A DNA stretch of 64,000 nt from Octopus sinensis (Eukaryota). The notes under the pieces were generated by a model. That model made no database searches, had not been told where the DNA came from, and worked only from the letters and a program-made list of their open reading frames with translations. Both the position numbers and the translations under genes were made by a program. The stretch spans positions 98,146,001 to 98,210,000 of the forward strand of contig NC_043000.1 in the NCBI RefSeq assembly GCF_006345805.1. The letters are read 5' to 3'. Positions within the stretch are counted from its first letter, which is position 1, and the number at the start of each line of letters is the position of its first letter. Shown piece after piece: positions 63,032 through 64,000 of the stretch.

Positions 63032-64000
63032 CACTGCAAGAAACTGATCACTCGCCTGAATAAAAATAACAGCAAACTTTCCCTTAAATCATGCACAACC
63101 ATCTTAAAAAGGGAAATACATTATATAATGTAGTGCTAGGTACATTTTACATAGGGGGAAAAATAGATAGGATGGTCACAGTTGAAATGCTTTTTATCAT
63201 AGGTCTGTTCAAACAAGCCTGATTTTCAACTAAAAATGACAAATTGACAAAATGGTCAAAAATACTTTCGACCGTTGGTCTGCTCGATCAGGTCTGACCT
63301 GAGGTTAAGCAACTACCTCGTATTCTATGTAGTCGTCGTAGTTCGGGATGCTAGAAATAGCAGCCAAATCTTTGTAAACCACAAATAATTCATTGGACAA
63401 TATAGCTGTGCATATCCCTCACCTCGACAAACAAGTGGTTATCACTGAAATACTGTTGCTCATAGGTATGCGTGATCAGGGCTAATCCAAACAACGACAC
63501 CCATTTTACGAACTTTCTGATTTCACTGCGAGACTAAATGTGTACAAAATATGATTTCGTATATAAAGTCACTGACTCCTATACACAATGGCTCTGGTTG
63601 TGTCATAATCAACCTCATGTGGTTATGTTTGTGAAAGGGGAACATCATATGATGACACAAGCCTTGTGACAGATCGGTGAGATGAGAGGGTAAAGGATGC
63701 GCGCACACACCATAATAAAACCAAAATTTTTGCATGTGACCTCACACTCTCAGAACATTAAAGAGATCTTAAAACATTTGTTTTAAGACATTTAATAGTC
63801 CTCTCAGTATTGGCATATTGTAAATAATTCGTGTGTTATTAGAGCCACTATCTTTGTAAACATTGTATGTAGGTGTGTTTATCTATGTATACACATACAA
63901 AGGTACATGTATATAAATATGCCAACTCCAAAAGATCGCGCGTGTGCGCGCACACACATATATGTATATATATACATACACACACAAACAAAACGTGACT

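Overview
AT-rich, microsatellite- and SINE-dense eukaryotic genomic DNA. The repeat families look like octopus (cephalopod) repeats; this is recognition only, not a database check. One host gene is supported: CHMP2A (ESCRT-III, Vps2 homologue) on the minus strand. It has five GT-AG coding exons (44403-44570, 33277-33456, 32134-32261, 28829-28890, 25856-25980) that splice to 663 nt / 220 aa; its first non-coding exon was not located. The rest is mostly transposon debris: a Helitron helicase fragment, a pogo/Tigger-like transposon interrupted by a solo LTR, a DD37D (maT) Tc1/mariner, a mariner MITE, CR1-like, RTE, R4/Dong-like and HERO-like LINE fragments, and many tRNA-derived SINEs. The most notable signal is a set of minimal type I hammerhead-ribozyme-like motifs in mutually unrelated repeats (16216, 30427, 37429, 37600, 53956; weaker remnants at 20362 and 37931). 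They share one architecture: stem I, CUGAYGA, one extra nucleotide, stem II, GAAA, short palindromic stem III, stem I. This points to several Penelope-like/retrozyme families. One sits in a composite with a tRNA-derived Pol III head and an inverted terminus. Two long fold-back structures (21392-21672, 49143-50003) are candidate dsRNA/ADAR substrates.
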